Positions 7,267 through 22,100 of a stretch of DNA of 37,676 nt are shown here, piece by piece. Both the position numbers and the translations under genes were made by a program. The stretch is from Spirogloea muscicola (lineage: Eukaryota). Under the pieces are notes generated by a model, which did not search any database, had not been told where the DNA came from, and worked only from the letters and a program-made list of their open reading frames with translations. The stretch lies in contig WELB01000003.1 of NCBI GenBank assembly GCA_009602725.1, forward strand, positions 31,472 to 69,147. Direction: 5' to 3'. Each line of letters opens with the position of its first letter. Positions within the stretch are counted from its first letter, which is position 1.

Positions 7267-9680
7267 CTAGATTTCAATAGCTTCAGCCTGAGTTCCAAGC
7301 CTGTGAATACGTAAGTACATATCCGTGCCATACCCAGGAATGCTGACCATCTGCACATCAACAATTCTCTGCATTAGGTACTGTGTTGCACAACCGCCGT
7401 TTGACTTGACAATTCTGCATGTGAAGCTGCAGAAGTTCCTTGCAACTTATTTACAAGTACCAAATCTCAAGCCCCTCAAGCTACTTGTAACGAATCTGTG
7501 GCCATGCAGACTTTGATGCCGAAACTGGACGCCTAAACTCATTCTGACCTAGGGAAGCCCCACCTGGAGATTGCCACCGAGATACTGAGCATGCAGCCGA
7601 GAGAGGGGAAGGCCAAAACCAAGGCCCGCCATCGGGTTGCCTCTATTGTCAACAACAGAAGCTGTCACAATAACGGCCTTTGATGAGATCAACCACTCCT
7701 TGTCTCTGTTGCTCAGCCTATCTGTGGTCTTGACAAGATCTTGCAAGCAGGCAACACGTAGATAGCATCATCTGTGAACCTGCTAGGCACTAGCAGTGAC
7801 TACTGTCTTGCAAGGCATCGACTTGCACGAGGGCGTAGTAAAATACCTCCAAACCCAAATCTAGGGAGAGTTGCTGAACTACTTCCAGTAGCTTCAAGCT
7901 GCTCGGTCACAAAAAGGTCGTGATCAACTGTAGTGTAACCATACTTCCAGACCTGCAAAACATCAGCAGAGGCTCGGAGATCAAAAGCACATATTTTGCT
8001 TTTGTGACCAATCATCATCTGTGCGCCACTCTGTGCGCCCTTTCTCATTTCCTCAATGAATTTCAGCTGGCCGCATCTAGCTCTACCTTCTCCTGCTGGT
8101 CCTCCTCAATCCCGCCTCCTTGGTCTGAAACCTAGAGTGAAGTCAACACAAATTGTCCAGCCTCAGAGCTCAGCGCCCACCCTGTGCAAACAACATATGC
8201 CCGTGACAATCTCCTGTACATTTATGGCATCACTTCACATGCGTGCCCTGAGTATGCAAGTCTACTCGTAATACCTTGATTGTCACCTCGCGCAAGCCTT
8301 TGCAAATTTGTACAACAATGGGAGGAAGGGTGTTTGCTGTTCTGGGTAGCTGCTGCCCTCTCTGAATGGCCTGTCGTGTGTGGTGCTCCACCACGGCCCG
8401 CGATGCATTCTGGCTCTTGCAAGCACATTGAGAGGCATTGTGTCAAGAACAACAAGTCACTGTTGCATGTTCTCATGTTATCTGTCAAAGCAATCAGGAA
8501 ACCTTTCGGTGAGCGATGTGAGCTGAGCCCTTGAGGTCAAGACTCATCACTCTGTCCCCAATGGAGCACATATCAGAACAGAGTCCTTGCTTACTGTTGC
8601 TATTTGTCACTGGGCACTCCCCTGCATCAAGGTGAGAGTTGCGTACCTTCAGGATCTCGAACATCATGTAGTCCATGTGTGTAGGAATGTAAGCAAACAC
8701 AGTCTCCAGGTCGCCAGCAATCAGGAAGGGTGGACACAGCCCATATGCCTCATTGCACACACTCTCGCAGCGGGCCACAGCCGCGGCTATCGTCTTGGCC
8801 ACCTCGAGCTGCTTGCCCCAAAACTTGGCGAGACATTCAGGGCCAGGTAAGTTGTAGTATATTGGAAGGAGCACGGCTTTACTGCAGGCTCTGTAAGAGC
8901 AGCAGGCTTGTGGGCATGCGTGCCTGCGTGCAGATGACCCCTATGTAGCCCTCGCGGTGATGCTGGAAGCAGATGTGCTGCTCTGCAATCACGCGGCGGC
9001 TGATCCTGGACCGCAGCCTGAGACGCGCAAATCGTAACTCGTCACCACAAGGCTGCCACATAGTCATCATATGGAGTTGGAGAAGTCCTACCTACCAAAG
9101 GCAGCTTAAGAGTGAGGCTTTTGCAGGGCGAGAGGCACAGGGCTTGACACACATGTTGTCCAAGAAGGTGTCAAGGCTGAGCTCCCGACCGATGAGGGGC
9201 CGCGACGAGCACTCCTTGACGCCCCGCGTTAGCACCGACAGCAGCGGCGTCTGCTCATCCACCAGCTGCCAGGGTTGCACACTCCAAGTAAGAGCCACCG
9301 CCGCCAGTTGCAGCTCTGAGTAGGCTCAATGGCCTCCAGATAGACCAATTGGACGCACGGTGATGGCGGTACAGACCTCAGTGAGGAGCTGCGTGAAGCG
9401 CGCGTTGTCGTCGAGGGAGGACACTCTGGCGAAAGTGCGGATGGAGTGGAAGGCCCTCCCGTAGGCGTCGTAGACCTGGCAGCCAGGCAGCCATGCGCAG
9501 TCTCAGAGGAGGGGCGACCGAAAGCGCCGCAGTGTCACAGGGCCGGCAGGTCAGTCGAGAGCGGCAGCCATGGCGTGGCGAGCGCTGGCGGCGGACCTGC
9601 TTGATGTGGGGATTCGTGACGACGATGTGCGGGAGGTACTGGAGGTCGAGGAGGCGGCGCGCCAGGCGCACTGGCAGCTC
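7267..9680 (-). CDS. PDK: Pyruvate dehydrogenase kinase / BCKDK-family mitochondrial protein kinase, about 10 exons, 5' end not identifiable
   Basis: Exons ELPVRLARRLLDLQYLPHIVVTNPHIKQ; LDTFLDNM/LRSRISRRVIAEQH; YIPTHMDYMMFEILK/NASRAVVE (N box); VSDQGGGI (G1); VWKYGYTT; MAGLGFGLPLSRLHAQYLGGNLQ (G2); MVSIPGYGTDMYLRIHRLGTQAEAIEI* (stop 7267-7269). Splice phases are consistent. Confidence 0.92.
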
Positions 9681-9743
9681 AGGGTTGTCGGAGAGGCCGC
9701 GGGCGAGGTTCGTCAGGTCGCGGTTCCGCGACAGCCAGGAGCA

Positions 9744-9782
<39 letters not shown>

Positions 9783-11676
9783 CCGGGATCGCGGCACTGG
9801 CGGCAGCGGCAGGGCCGACGCGGCGAGGCTTCGGGCGTCGCAGCCGCGTTCACTGCCGGCCCGAGGCAAAGGTCCCGGTGCGCCGCAGGCAGGAGACTGG
9901 CCCGCAGCTTCGCCGGCCGCGAGCCCGCAGCGAGGCCGCCGCCGCGCTGGCAATGAGTCCGCTAGCGCTACTGGGCGAGGGAGCGACGGGACGAGCTCCC
10001 CGGAAAGCGCGCTACGCAGCCTCGACTTCAACACGCCGCGGAGGACGCCAGCGCCGCCGGCTGCGGCGCGGTCGCCGCAACAACAGCGGCCGCGACCTGC
10101 CAAGCCTGCGGCACGCGGCGACGATGCTCGCGAGCTCCGCATTCTGCAGACCCGGCTGCTGCAGTGGCGCTTCGCCAACGCTCAAGCTGAGCAGACCTTT
10201 CATGCTCAGAAGGAGGCGGCAGAGGTGAGCGCAGCAGCTCCATGCAGAGTAGCACTGCCCAAATCAACGAACTTCTGGTACATGCGTACCATGCTCGGTA
10301 TGGCAGCGACCACTGAGTGGGGTCATCATCAGAAAATGATCGAGGAGAAGCAGCCATGAATTCTCCACAGTTGGGCGCTTGCGGAAGTTGCAAGACGTGA
10401 GCTGTGATGCTGAGGGATACCATGCAGTGTGAGCTCTACGCAGCATGGAAGGCGACGGCTGACCTCAGAGCAGAGGTTGCTGAGCTGCGGGCCAGGAAGG
10501 CCTGCGCCAAGCGCAACAACCTCCTCACTGCTGCGATTGCCAGTCAGGTCCGCAGTGTCCACCTGGTCACAAGTCTGACAAAAATATGACAAATCATCTC
10601 ATAGCTTATTTTGAGCTAAGATGCAGCTAAGACCCAGGTGGAGGAGCTTGAGCTTCATGCTTTGTATCCAGGACGACCTCTCCTATTGTGGTGCCTCCAC
10701 ATGAGCCGCCAGAATTCTTTCACATGTTACTAAGCCTGACATGCTCATGCACTCCCATATTCAGGAGCCTGCCTTGAACAGCGCGTTGAGCGTGGCTGAA
10801 GACTCCGAGCCACACCTCCTGCAGCTGCTGCAGGCCATCGAGTGTTCGGCAGTGCGCGTTCCCCTGGCCAACGGCACCCAGGTGCTCAGAATGCTCCTGG
10901 GAGGACACTTTGAGCCAGTGTCTTGACAGACCCCACACATGTGCAGATTGCCAGTACTGTTGGCTCTTCAGCTTTCTTACCAATATGACGACGACACTCC
11001 TGCCAAGATATGAGACAAGATCCTAGCAACCGACTTGCCTGCAATTCACCTTGACAACCTCATGCCAATCAACAGGCTGATGCTCATGAGGTCAAGGAGG
11101 CTCTTGACGAATTACAGAATGCATTGGAGGCCGCTGGACCTTCTGTGACAACATTGCTGCCAAAGGTAGTGCAATGGAGCAAACAATCCGAACAAATCAG
11201 AGGAGTAGCATGACGTGCTCATGCATTCTGCCCGAGGGTATGCATGGATGAAGTCAACTTCAAGTGTAAATTGAGCCCTTGGCCTTTGTTTGCCTATGGT
11301 CATCTGTAAGGAGGACCTGTCATGCTGGCCAGGTGGAGGAAGCGGTATCTTTGTCTTCGCAGCTTCTGGAGCTGGTTGGGCAGGAGGAGGACTTGCTGGG
11401 CAAGATCAAACCCCTGCTTGACAAGCATGCTGCCTTGGAGGTCTGGTTATAAGTTTCATTTCACATCATCCAAGCTCATGTTGGTGATGCTGTAGCGACC
11501 AGGTTGTGTCCCTCCATACTGGCTTGTACAGCATTTCGGAAGTCAGTCTTGATATCTGTTGGCTAGGATGCTTGCAGATCGAGGAGCGGAGCTTAAGGGC
11601 ACACCTTCTTCAGGTCGAGCGTGAGAAGTTGCGCATGCCACCTTGGGGCCTCGACCCGCTAAGTACGAAGTGTTAG
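9625..11676 (+). CDS. QWRF-motif protein (AUGMIN subunit 8 / EDE1 / SCO3 family), 6 exons, start uncertain
   Basis: N-terminal RPRARFVRSRF (cf. family RRPxxREVSSRY), low-complexity linker and ELRILQTRLLQWRFANA. Further exons at ~10429-10547, 10765-10881, 11076-11165, 11333-11440 and 11578-11676 (IEERSLRAHLLQ...KC*). The start given is only the nearest in-frame ATG. Confidence 0.85.
9744..9780 (+). repeat. (GCC)n microsatellite encoding poly-Pro in the QWRF frame
   Basis: About 12 consecutive GCC/CCG units. Confidence 0.9.
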
Positions 11677-12563
11677 CAGGCAGCTCATTGCTTGGTGACA
11701 AGAAGCCCTGAAATGCAACCGCTTGAGACGAAGATGACGACCTAACTCGAGGCCAGTCTAAGCATGAATACTGTCACAGCAGCTCCCTATGAGTAGATGC
11801 TCATGTCTATCCTACCCTACATTCCTCATGGTGGCATTATCTCAATTGCTTCGCTATTTGGCATCATCAGTCTCTACATATCCTATGCTACAGACTACAA
11901 TACAGCACTGACCCCTCAACCTTTATACATCCAAGTGTGACTTGACCGGCCAGACTATTATCCATTTGAAATTGGCTTCAGAATCATGTGGACTGCATAA
12001 CCCGGAGGCAATCCTCAAGTCTTCTCATCGAACTCGGTAACATGTTGCAGAAATTAATGTGTAGACAGCTTACAAATCGGAGGGGTCCCCACTGCTCTGC
12101 CAGCAATGTGCTCACAGCTGCTGAGCAGGACTAGAAAGACAAGGCTGTGCCCTGCACAAGCCCCTAATGTTGTAGTTGGGAAGTAATACATCAGCACTAA
12201 CATTTCTGCAAAATGCATGTGGTGCTCTGGGCACCCGCTGCGGGCCACGAGCAGTGCCTCATTGCCAGCCTGCATAAATGAAATGTCAGCTCAACTTTGT
12301 TACAAGCTACTGTCTACAGCTACTTGTACCTCGGCTTGCCCCATGTTCCTGCATGCCTCCGCAGTATAAAACAGAGCGTGGGGGCCACTTCAGAACAGAG
12401 CAGATGCAAACTCTTCGTGACTGACATGAGAGGACCCCTGAAGGAACTATTGCGGCTCATCCAGAGACTCCAGCCAAAAAGAGCTAGTGCGGCAGCAAGC
12501 CTGCCGCCTTGGCTCTGCTCAGAAGCCTGTACATGGATACTCGTCTCACCGCTCCAAGCATTT

Positions 12564-14111
12564 TCAATTGCAGCAACTGGCTCTCTTTTTCTCCGCATCC
12601 TCCTGATTGCTTTGCGCGTTGTTGACAACCAACAGCTTGGTCCCGTTGTTAGGAGCCAGTGGGTTGTCAAATTCGTCGAAGGCAGAGACCCGCTTGCTCA
12701 CATTGTTATAGATCTCCGTGATGACGCTCTCAAATGCCTCCTGCACATTCCTGCAGCTCAGAAGGTAGGCGTCAGTTGCAGGCGACAGCACTTGCAGTAG
12801 TGGCAGCAGAAGCAGCTGCAATGGTCACCCTTATGTGTCTGTGCGGGCGAGTGATAGGCACAAATGTCAGCGACCACTCAGGTGGACTGGGCTGTCCTGG
12901 CAGCCCCTCGGCAATGGGTCACTCCTGTATGAGAAAAGGACCTTGGAGCTGCAGCGCTCACAATCGAGGAGGACCAAATAGCATGCGGAGGAGTGAGAGG
13001 CGAGTTGGCTGCATACGTGGAGTCGAGTGCGGACGTCTCCATGAAGTACATGCCCTCCCGCTCCGCCAGCTCCAGGCCACGCTCTGTGGGCACTGCTCGC
13101 AGAGACTCCAGATCGGTCTTGTTGCCAACCAGCATCACCACCAGGTTGCTGTCTTCTTGGCCTGCCACAACAGCAGGGCTGCTGCCTATCAGATTTCCCG
13201 CATGCGGCGTCCTGGCATGTGATGGCTGCCTGGCACTTTGCCAACCAACTGCTTCGCTTCACATTAAGTACTGCATTGCTAGCTTGCTGTAGCTGCAGTC
13301 TTGGGAGGGGACGGAGCAATAACGAGGGTGTGATCGCTGTGTGAGCGGGCAAGCAGGCGCTTGGAAGCTAGTAAAGTGGGGCAGGGACTTTAGGGAGGAC
13401 TTGACTGGGTAAGGGCTCTGCTATCTGGGGTCGCGGAGGAGTGGGGTCTCAGTTGTGGGGGGGGGGAGAGGAGAGGGGTGGAGGGAGAGGGGGAGAGGGG
13501 GAGAGAGAGAGTGGGGAAGGAGGAAGAGGAGAGAGAATGTGGACGAGGGGAGAGGTGGGGGGAGGAAGAGAAGGATGGAGTGGTGGAAGTAGAGATAGAG
13601 AGGGAGAGCGCGGAGGAGAGAGGGGAGAGGTGGGTGTCGCGAGACACTGACAGCGGATCTCTCGGAGCCACTGGGAGACGTTGTCGAACGTGGAGCGGCG
13701 GCTGATGTCGTAGACGAGCAGGGCGCCCAGCGCGCCGCGGTAGTAGACGCTGGTGACGGCGCGGTACCGCTCCTGCCCGGACGTGTCCCAGATCTGTGCC
13801 TTCACCTCCTTGCCCTCGATCGCCAGCGTCTTGGACCGGAACTCCACGCCGATGGTGGCCTTGGAGTCGCAGTGGAACTCGTTGTGCGCGAAGCGCGACG
13901 CCAGGTTAGTCTTGCCCACGCCTGCGCCGCCCACAGCCACGACGGCGGTAAGCACCGGCAGCGCCGCCACAAGCCAAGGAAAGCCCGCGTTGCAGCCTTG
14001 GGGGGGGGGGCGGTCCGAACCCGAGTCGCCGATGAGGACCATCTTGAAGAGGTAGCTGTCGGCCGGCTCGTCGCTGGGCACCCGGTACTCGCTGCCGTAG
14101 GGCGGCGGCAT
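12564..14111 (-). CDS. RABA5: Rab11/RabA small GTPase, RabA5-like, 4 exons (14111-14021, 13921-13652, 13161-13017, 12750-12564)
   Basis: [72 protein letters not shown], and C-terminal CCN* prenylation motif. GT-AG introns are in phase. Confidence 0.9.
13455..13634 (+). repeat. G/A-rich low-complexity tract in Rab intron 2
   Basis: About 180 bp almost entirely G/A on the + strand. Confidence 0.85.
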
Positions 14112-14871
14112 GGCGGCGGCAGCGACGGCGACGGCGGCGGCGGCGGCGGCGGTGGCGGCGGCGGGGAGGGGGGGGTGGGGGGGGATTGGACTGGACAAAC
14201 GGGCAGGTGGGGTTCGTTGGCCGGCCGGGCTGCAGATCGCCCGGGGCTGGGGCGGGGCCCGCCCAACAGCGCCGCGTCGCGTGTCGGAGCCCCAGGGCCC
14301 GGCCACAGAAGCAGGGTCCCGCGACGAGGCGACAAGGACACCCCCCGCGTGGCGTCGCCCCCCCCTGCCAGTCACCTCACTTGCCCGCACCCGGAAGGTG
14401 ACCGGACCAGGAGGCCGCAACCGTAGCGCAGACAGAAGCGCCGATGGGGGTGAAGCGGCCCCATGGCGACTGCCAACCCCCGGGCTGGACCCGCCCACTC
14501 CCAAACAAATCCAGAACCCCGAACCCCATTCCCCCCCACGGGCCCCGCCTCCGTGCCTTGCTTGCCAGCCTGCTGGGAGCCTCGGGTCCCCGCTACGACA
14601 GCTTGTTGGCCTCCACAATTCCTCCTCAGTGGCTCCCTCTTGAGCTGCCATGCCTGCAGCCGCCACCTTCGCCACACGCCGCTGTGTCCTCAACCTCCAC
14701 TCTCTCGAATGAGCCCTCCATCCAGACCGCAGGGACTCCTCCCAACCGTTCCAGCCACGCACCAGCCACGCCCCAGCCCTCGCTTGGGTCAATGTCCACC
14801 AACTTGGGCTCTTGCTGGAAGGTCCGGGGCTCTTGTCATGGCACTCATGACTCCTCGGCCGCCCAGCCTGC

Positions 14872-17219
14872 TCATCGCAGTGGCACGCGATCCGAGGCGA
14901 GTGCGAGCAGGCGTGCCAGCACCCGAGGCCCGTCCTCGCGGATGCCCGAATGCATGTACTCGCTCGTCACCCACAACCGAAGCCCCGCAATCTCGCCTGC
15001 CGTTGCTTCCGAGAGCGGCAGGCTGACGTACATGTCCTCGTAGTACGCCACTGCCGCCACTGGCACCTGGCGACCAATCAACAACAAGAGCGCCACAAAA
15101 GAGACTTCAACTCTGTGCCATTGGTCTCAATGACGTGCTTATTGCACCTGACGAAACGTATTAAGTATGCCAACAGAAGAATGGTGGGTCAGGAACTCAC
15201 CGAGTTAGCGTTCAGCGCAGCCTTGTCATACAGGTCCGACCAGTCGGCCTTGGCGGCAAGGAGGTGGGCAGTGGCCTTCAGGGGCTGCAGCCCGGCCATC
15301 TCGTCAAACATCCACGGGAAGATCATCTACATGCAACACGTCAGCCATTGTGGCAGAGCTGTGTCAGTCACTTGCAGAGTAAGATGCCAACTTGCAGCAC
15401 TGCCTGGGCAGCGGAGAATGGCACCTCGCCAGTGAAGGGCACGTCTTCCCCAGCCTCAGCAGCACGCACGGGGTCGAATGCAGCGTCCAGCTCGTCTCGG
15501 ACGCGCTGTGCAGCCCAAGCTGAGGCAGCCCCCTGCAAGAGTTTGCCAACATGAGCAGAATAGATGATGCAGACCACATGACAGACTCCGCAGCCTGCAG
15601 AGCCAAGCTGTCAAACTGCAACTGCCAAAGATGTACTGCTGAACACGTAACGAAGACAAGACCACGAGCAATGTCCATCATGCTTCTGGCACTCTCAGCA
15701 CGGAAGGGACAGCAGGAAAGCTTCAAGAGAAGACCTGGCAGTAAATGGCCTCATGCAGTATAGCATAAAGCAGGCTGGTCGCAAATCCTAGCCACGCGTC
15801 ATACTGCACACAACTTACGCCAAGCGTGAGTCGAGCTCATGCTGATCAATTTGCCTTGCGGAAGTGGAGGCACAGTGGCTGAAGCGTCCTAGAGCGCGAG
15901 AAAGGGCAACAAGAAGCAAGGAGGGCAGGGTGGCAAGGTGGCGCAGACGTACTCCATGCAAGAAAGCTTCACTGAGCTGCCGACTTGCACCCGGCACAAG
16001 CTGCGCTTCCCAGGCTCTCTCGAACCTGCGGAGCAAGGCGCAAGAGGCACATCAATCTCTGGTGCTGGCACCAGCCCACAGCAGCCAAACCAAGGGTTGT
16101 GTCAGTGGCCTGGCGTGTAGCATCGTGAGTCACACTTTGAACCCCTGAGCTCCAAACCCTGTCAAGCAAGCCCTGAGCTTGCATTGTGTAGCAATGGGGA
16201 AAGCAGCGGGGCACACAGGAAGTGGAGGCGCTCAAAGCCCCCCTGAGAGCCAAGGCCACTGAGGCCGAGCACCTGCAGGCCCCGCGGGCTCAGCACGCCG
16301 CCTGAAGGCAGTGCCACCTGAACAAGCGAGGCGTATCTTTAATGGTCAAACTCCGCCCGCTCGCAGCTGCGCCAGCGTGACGGCCAGGCGCCAAGGCGGC
16401 AGCAACAGCCGGGTTGCTCACCCCGCCGCTTTCGTGGAGGTGGAGAACGATATCGCGCACGAGCTGCGCGTCCTGGGGGAAGGGCCGGTAGTACTTGGCA
16501 GTCTGCGCTGCCACCTGCCGGAAGCATGCCCGGTACACCTGCTCCGACTCGGCAGCTGCCGATCGTCAGGGTTCGTGTGGCAGCAGGTGGGGTGCAGCAA
16601 GCCAAGCATAGCAGAAGAGGCGATGGATGCCACCTGCTCAGCAGTGCAGCCTCTGTCGATTGGTGGGAGGCCGCCGGCGAGAAGCGCGCGCTTGAGGCCC
16701 TCAGGGGCCATGCTCAGGTACGTCACCGTGCAGAAGCCACCAAAGCTCTGCCGGAAACGAGACGCGTCGCGCATGAGTTCCATCGCGAAGAAGCCGCAGC
16801 TCACAATTGCAGTGCCAGTAAGAGGTGGCCGTCACGTCTCAGAAGCTGGCTGCCGGCACCGTCAGCTGGCAAAGCCAAGCACCTGGCCGAGGACGGTCCA
16901 GCGGTCGCCGCCGGGCAGCAGCGCGGCGCGCAGGAGCTCGGCGTCGCGCACGATGGAGTCGGCGCGGAAGTGTGCTAGGTACGCCGCCTGGGCATCCGGC
17001 GGGCCCAGCTGGGCCAGCGCCGCCACCGAGAGCGCCGTCGACAGGCCGGTGCCGCGCTGGTCCAGCAGCACCACGCGGTGCGACTTGACGGCGTCGGCCA
17101 GCCAGCCGGCGGCCTCGGCGGGCCGCGGCGCCTCGTGCCCCGGGCCGCCCTGCAGGAAGAGCAGGTACGGCAATGGCGGCGCGCGCTCCCGGCTGCCCGC
17201 TGCTCGAGCCGCACGCCGC
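14872..17219 (-). CDS. Proline iminopeptidase (alpha/beta hydrolase, peptidase S33), multi-exon, 5' end in assembly gap
   Basis: [36 protein letters not shown], nucleophile elbow LGQ/SFGG split by an intron, [30 protein letters not shown] (Asp), SEYMHSGIR (His), ...RVPLR*. Confidence 0.93.
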
Positions 17220-18113
17220 NNNNNNNNNNNNNNNNNNNNNNNNNNNNNNNNNNNNNNNNNNNNNNNNNNNNNNNNNNNNNNNNNNNNNNNNNNNNNNNNN
17301 NNNNNNNNNNNNNNNNNNNNNNNNNNNNNNNNNNNNNNNNNNNNNNNNNNNNNNNNNNNNNNNNNNNNNNNNNNNNNNNNNNNNNNNNNNNNNNNNNNNN
17401 NNNNNNNNNNNNNNNNNNNNNNNNNNNNNNNNNNNNNNNNNNNNNNNNNNNNNNNNNNNNNNNNNNNNNNNNNNNNNNNNNNNNNNNNNNNNNNNNNNNN
17501 NNNNNNNNNNNNNNNNNNNNNNNNNNNNNNNNNNNNNNNNNNNNNNNNNNNNNNNNNNNNNNNNNNNNNNNNNNNNNNNNNNNNNNNNNNNNNNNNNNNN
17601 NNNNNNNNNNNNNNNNNNNNNNNNNNNNNNNNNNNNNNNNNNNNNNNNNNNNNNNNNNNNNNNNNNNNNNNNNNNNNNNNNNNNNNNNNNNNNNNNNNNN
17701 NNNNNNNNNNNNNNNNNNNNNNNNNNNNNNNNNNNNNNNNNNNNNNNNNNNNNNNNNNNNNNNNNNNNNNNNNNNNNNNNNNNNNNNNNNNNNNNNNNNN
17801 NNNNNNNNNNNNNNNNNNNNNNNNNNNNNNNNNNNNNNNNNNNNNNNNNNNNNNNNNNNNNNNNNNNNNNNNNNNNNNNNNNNNNNNNNNNNNNNNNNNN
17901 NNNNNNNNNNNNNNNNNNNNNNNNNNNNNNNNNNNNNNNNNNNNNNNNNNNNNNNNNNNNNNNNNNNNNNNNNNNNNNNNNNNNNNNNNNNNNNNNNNNN
18001 NNNNNNNNNNNNNNNNNNNNNNNNNNNNNNNNNNNNNNNNNNNNNNNNNNNNNNNNNNNNNNNNNNNNNNNNNNNNNNNNNNNNNNNNNNNNNNNNNNNN
18101 NNNNNNNNNNNNN
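17220..18113. other. Assembly gap (N run)
   Basis: Run of n between the divergent 5' ends of the iminopeptidase and glutathione reductase genes. Confidence 0.99.
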
Positions 18114-20744
<2,631 letters not shown>

Positions 20745-22100
20745 GCATGTCCTGCTGAGGCACTGGTGACTGGGTCAAGCAAGCAAGCTTCTGAAGAGTT
20801 TGCCTTGCTACCAGCAATTGACAAGCCTGCTCAAGGTGTCAGCACATCAGATACAAGCAATGTAAATTACCTACTTGGTCTTTGGAAGTAACCGCAAAAC
20901 AGAGTACGTAGCAGCCAGAGCTACAGCTTTGCATAGTAGTGTACAAACATGGTGTCACTTGAGCTGTTCAACCGCCCACTTTGACACAGTGGAGCTACTA
21001 CCCTTGAAGAGCACTTCAAGCATGCACCTGTATATGCAGCAGCTTTGCAGATTTCACGTGTGAATTGTGACACGATTGTCAGCGACATCCAGCTGACAAT
21101 GTGTGCTTTTGGTACCTCCAGTTGTTCTTAATTTACCAACCTTTTTATTGTTTCAGCTCCAATCTCTGTTCCACTTAGGGCCTGCCTGTCGTGCTAGTTG
21201 CAGAGCAGTTGGCAGTTGCTTCACATCATTATGTCGTAGTCTACAGTTCACGTGTAGAGTACGTTCACTTGTCAGATGCAGTCAACAATAGAATGGGCCA
21301 ATGCAAAATTTGGTATCTCAATCTGCGGCAGGCTGCACATGGAGATGAAGCCCCCATGATTGCACTGCCCCCTGGCATATGTACACAGAAATTGCAAAAA
21401 CAGTCTGAAATGCTGCACTGAGCAGCTTCTTGCACCACTGAAGTAGACTTGCGAGGACCAGCAAGTGCTCCTTGCTGACATATCAGCGAGTTTGCACGTA
21501 CAATTAAGCAGTTGGAGCCTACTTGCAAAGCAAGGATGCTCTTCTTTGCCTTCCTGATGCTTTGACGTCCAGACGCTTGAAGGCCTTCACTTCTACTCCA
21601 ATTCAGACAAGGCTTTTCATTCTTACGTAATTGACAGAAGTCGACCACGTGGATTCACCAGTACTGCTTGGTTAGGCAGCCGAGATTGTTCGAGTATGAT
21701 GACGCAGGAGCTCTTCTTGCACAAGAGCTGATCCATAAATTCACCACCATATTCACTAGGCGAATATTGTGCAGGTTTGTCATGGTAACGTCATACATGG
21801 CTTGTCCATGCGAAGAGATGCACAGTGATGGAAGACATACGTATAAAGGGGTAACGATGCAGCACGGCAAGTTCCGTACTATAGTGGCTGTATGACCATT
21901 CGGAAGCCACGATAATGAATGCAGGTGAGCAGAGACAAGTACGAACCAGATCAGGGCATAATGCTTACTCCAACTCAGGGAACATCCGACCGAAATTGGG
22001 ATCCAGGACAGGCAATCTAGGAGAGAGTTTGGGGACAGGTAGTGCCAAGCGCAGCATGTCGGCGAGTGGATCGGATGTGTATTTGCACGCACACGCACAC

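Noticed and set aside
13449..14792. 447-aa Rab with a long N-terminal extension
   Set aside because: GC-rich read-through of upstream sequence and introns; the spliced model starting at 14111 gives a normal-sized Rab.
20760..22100. Short ORFs between GR and FIP
   Set aside because: No recognisable motifs or consistent exon chain; most likely convergent 3' UTRs or intergenic DNA.
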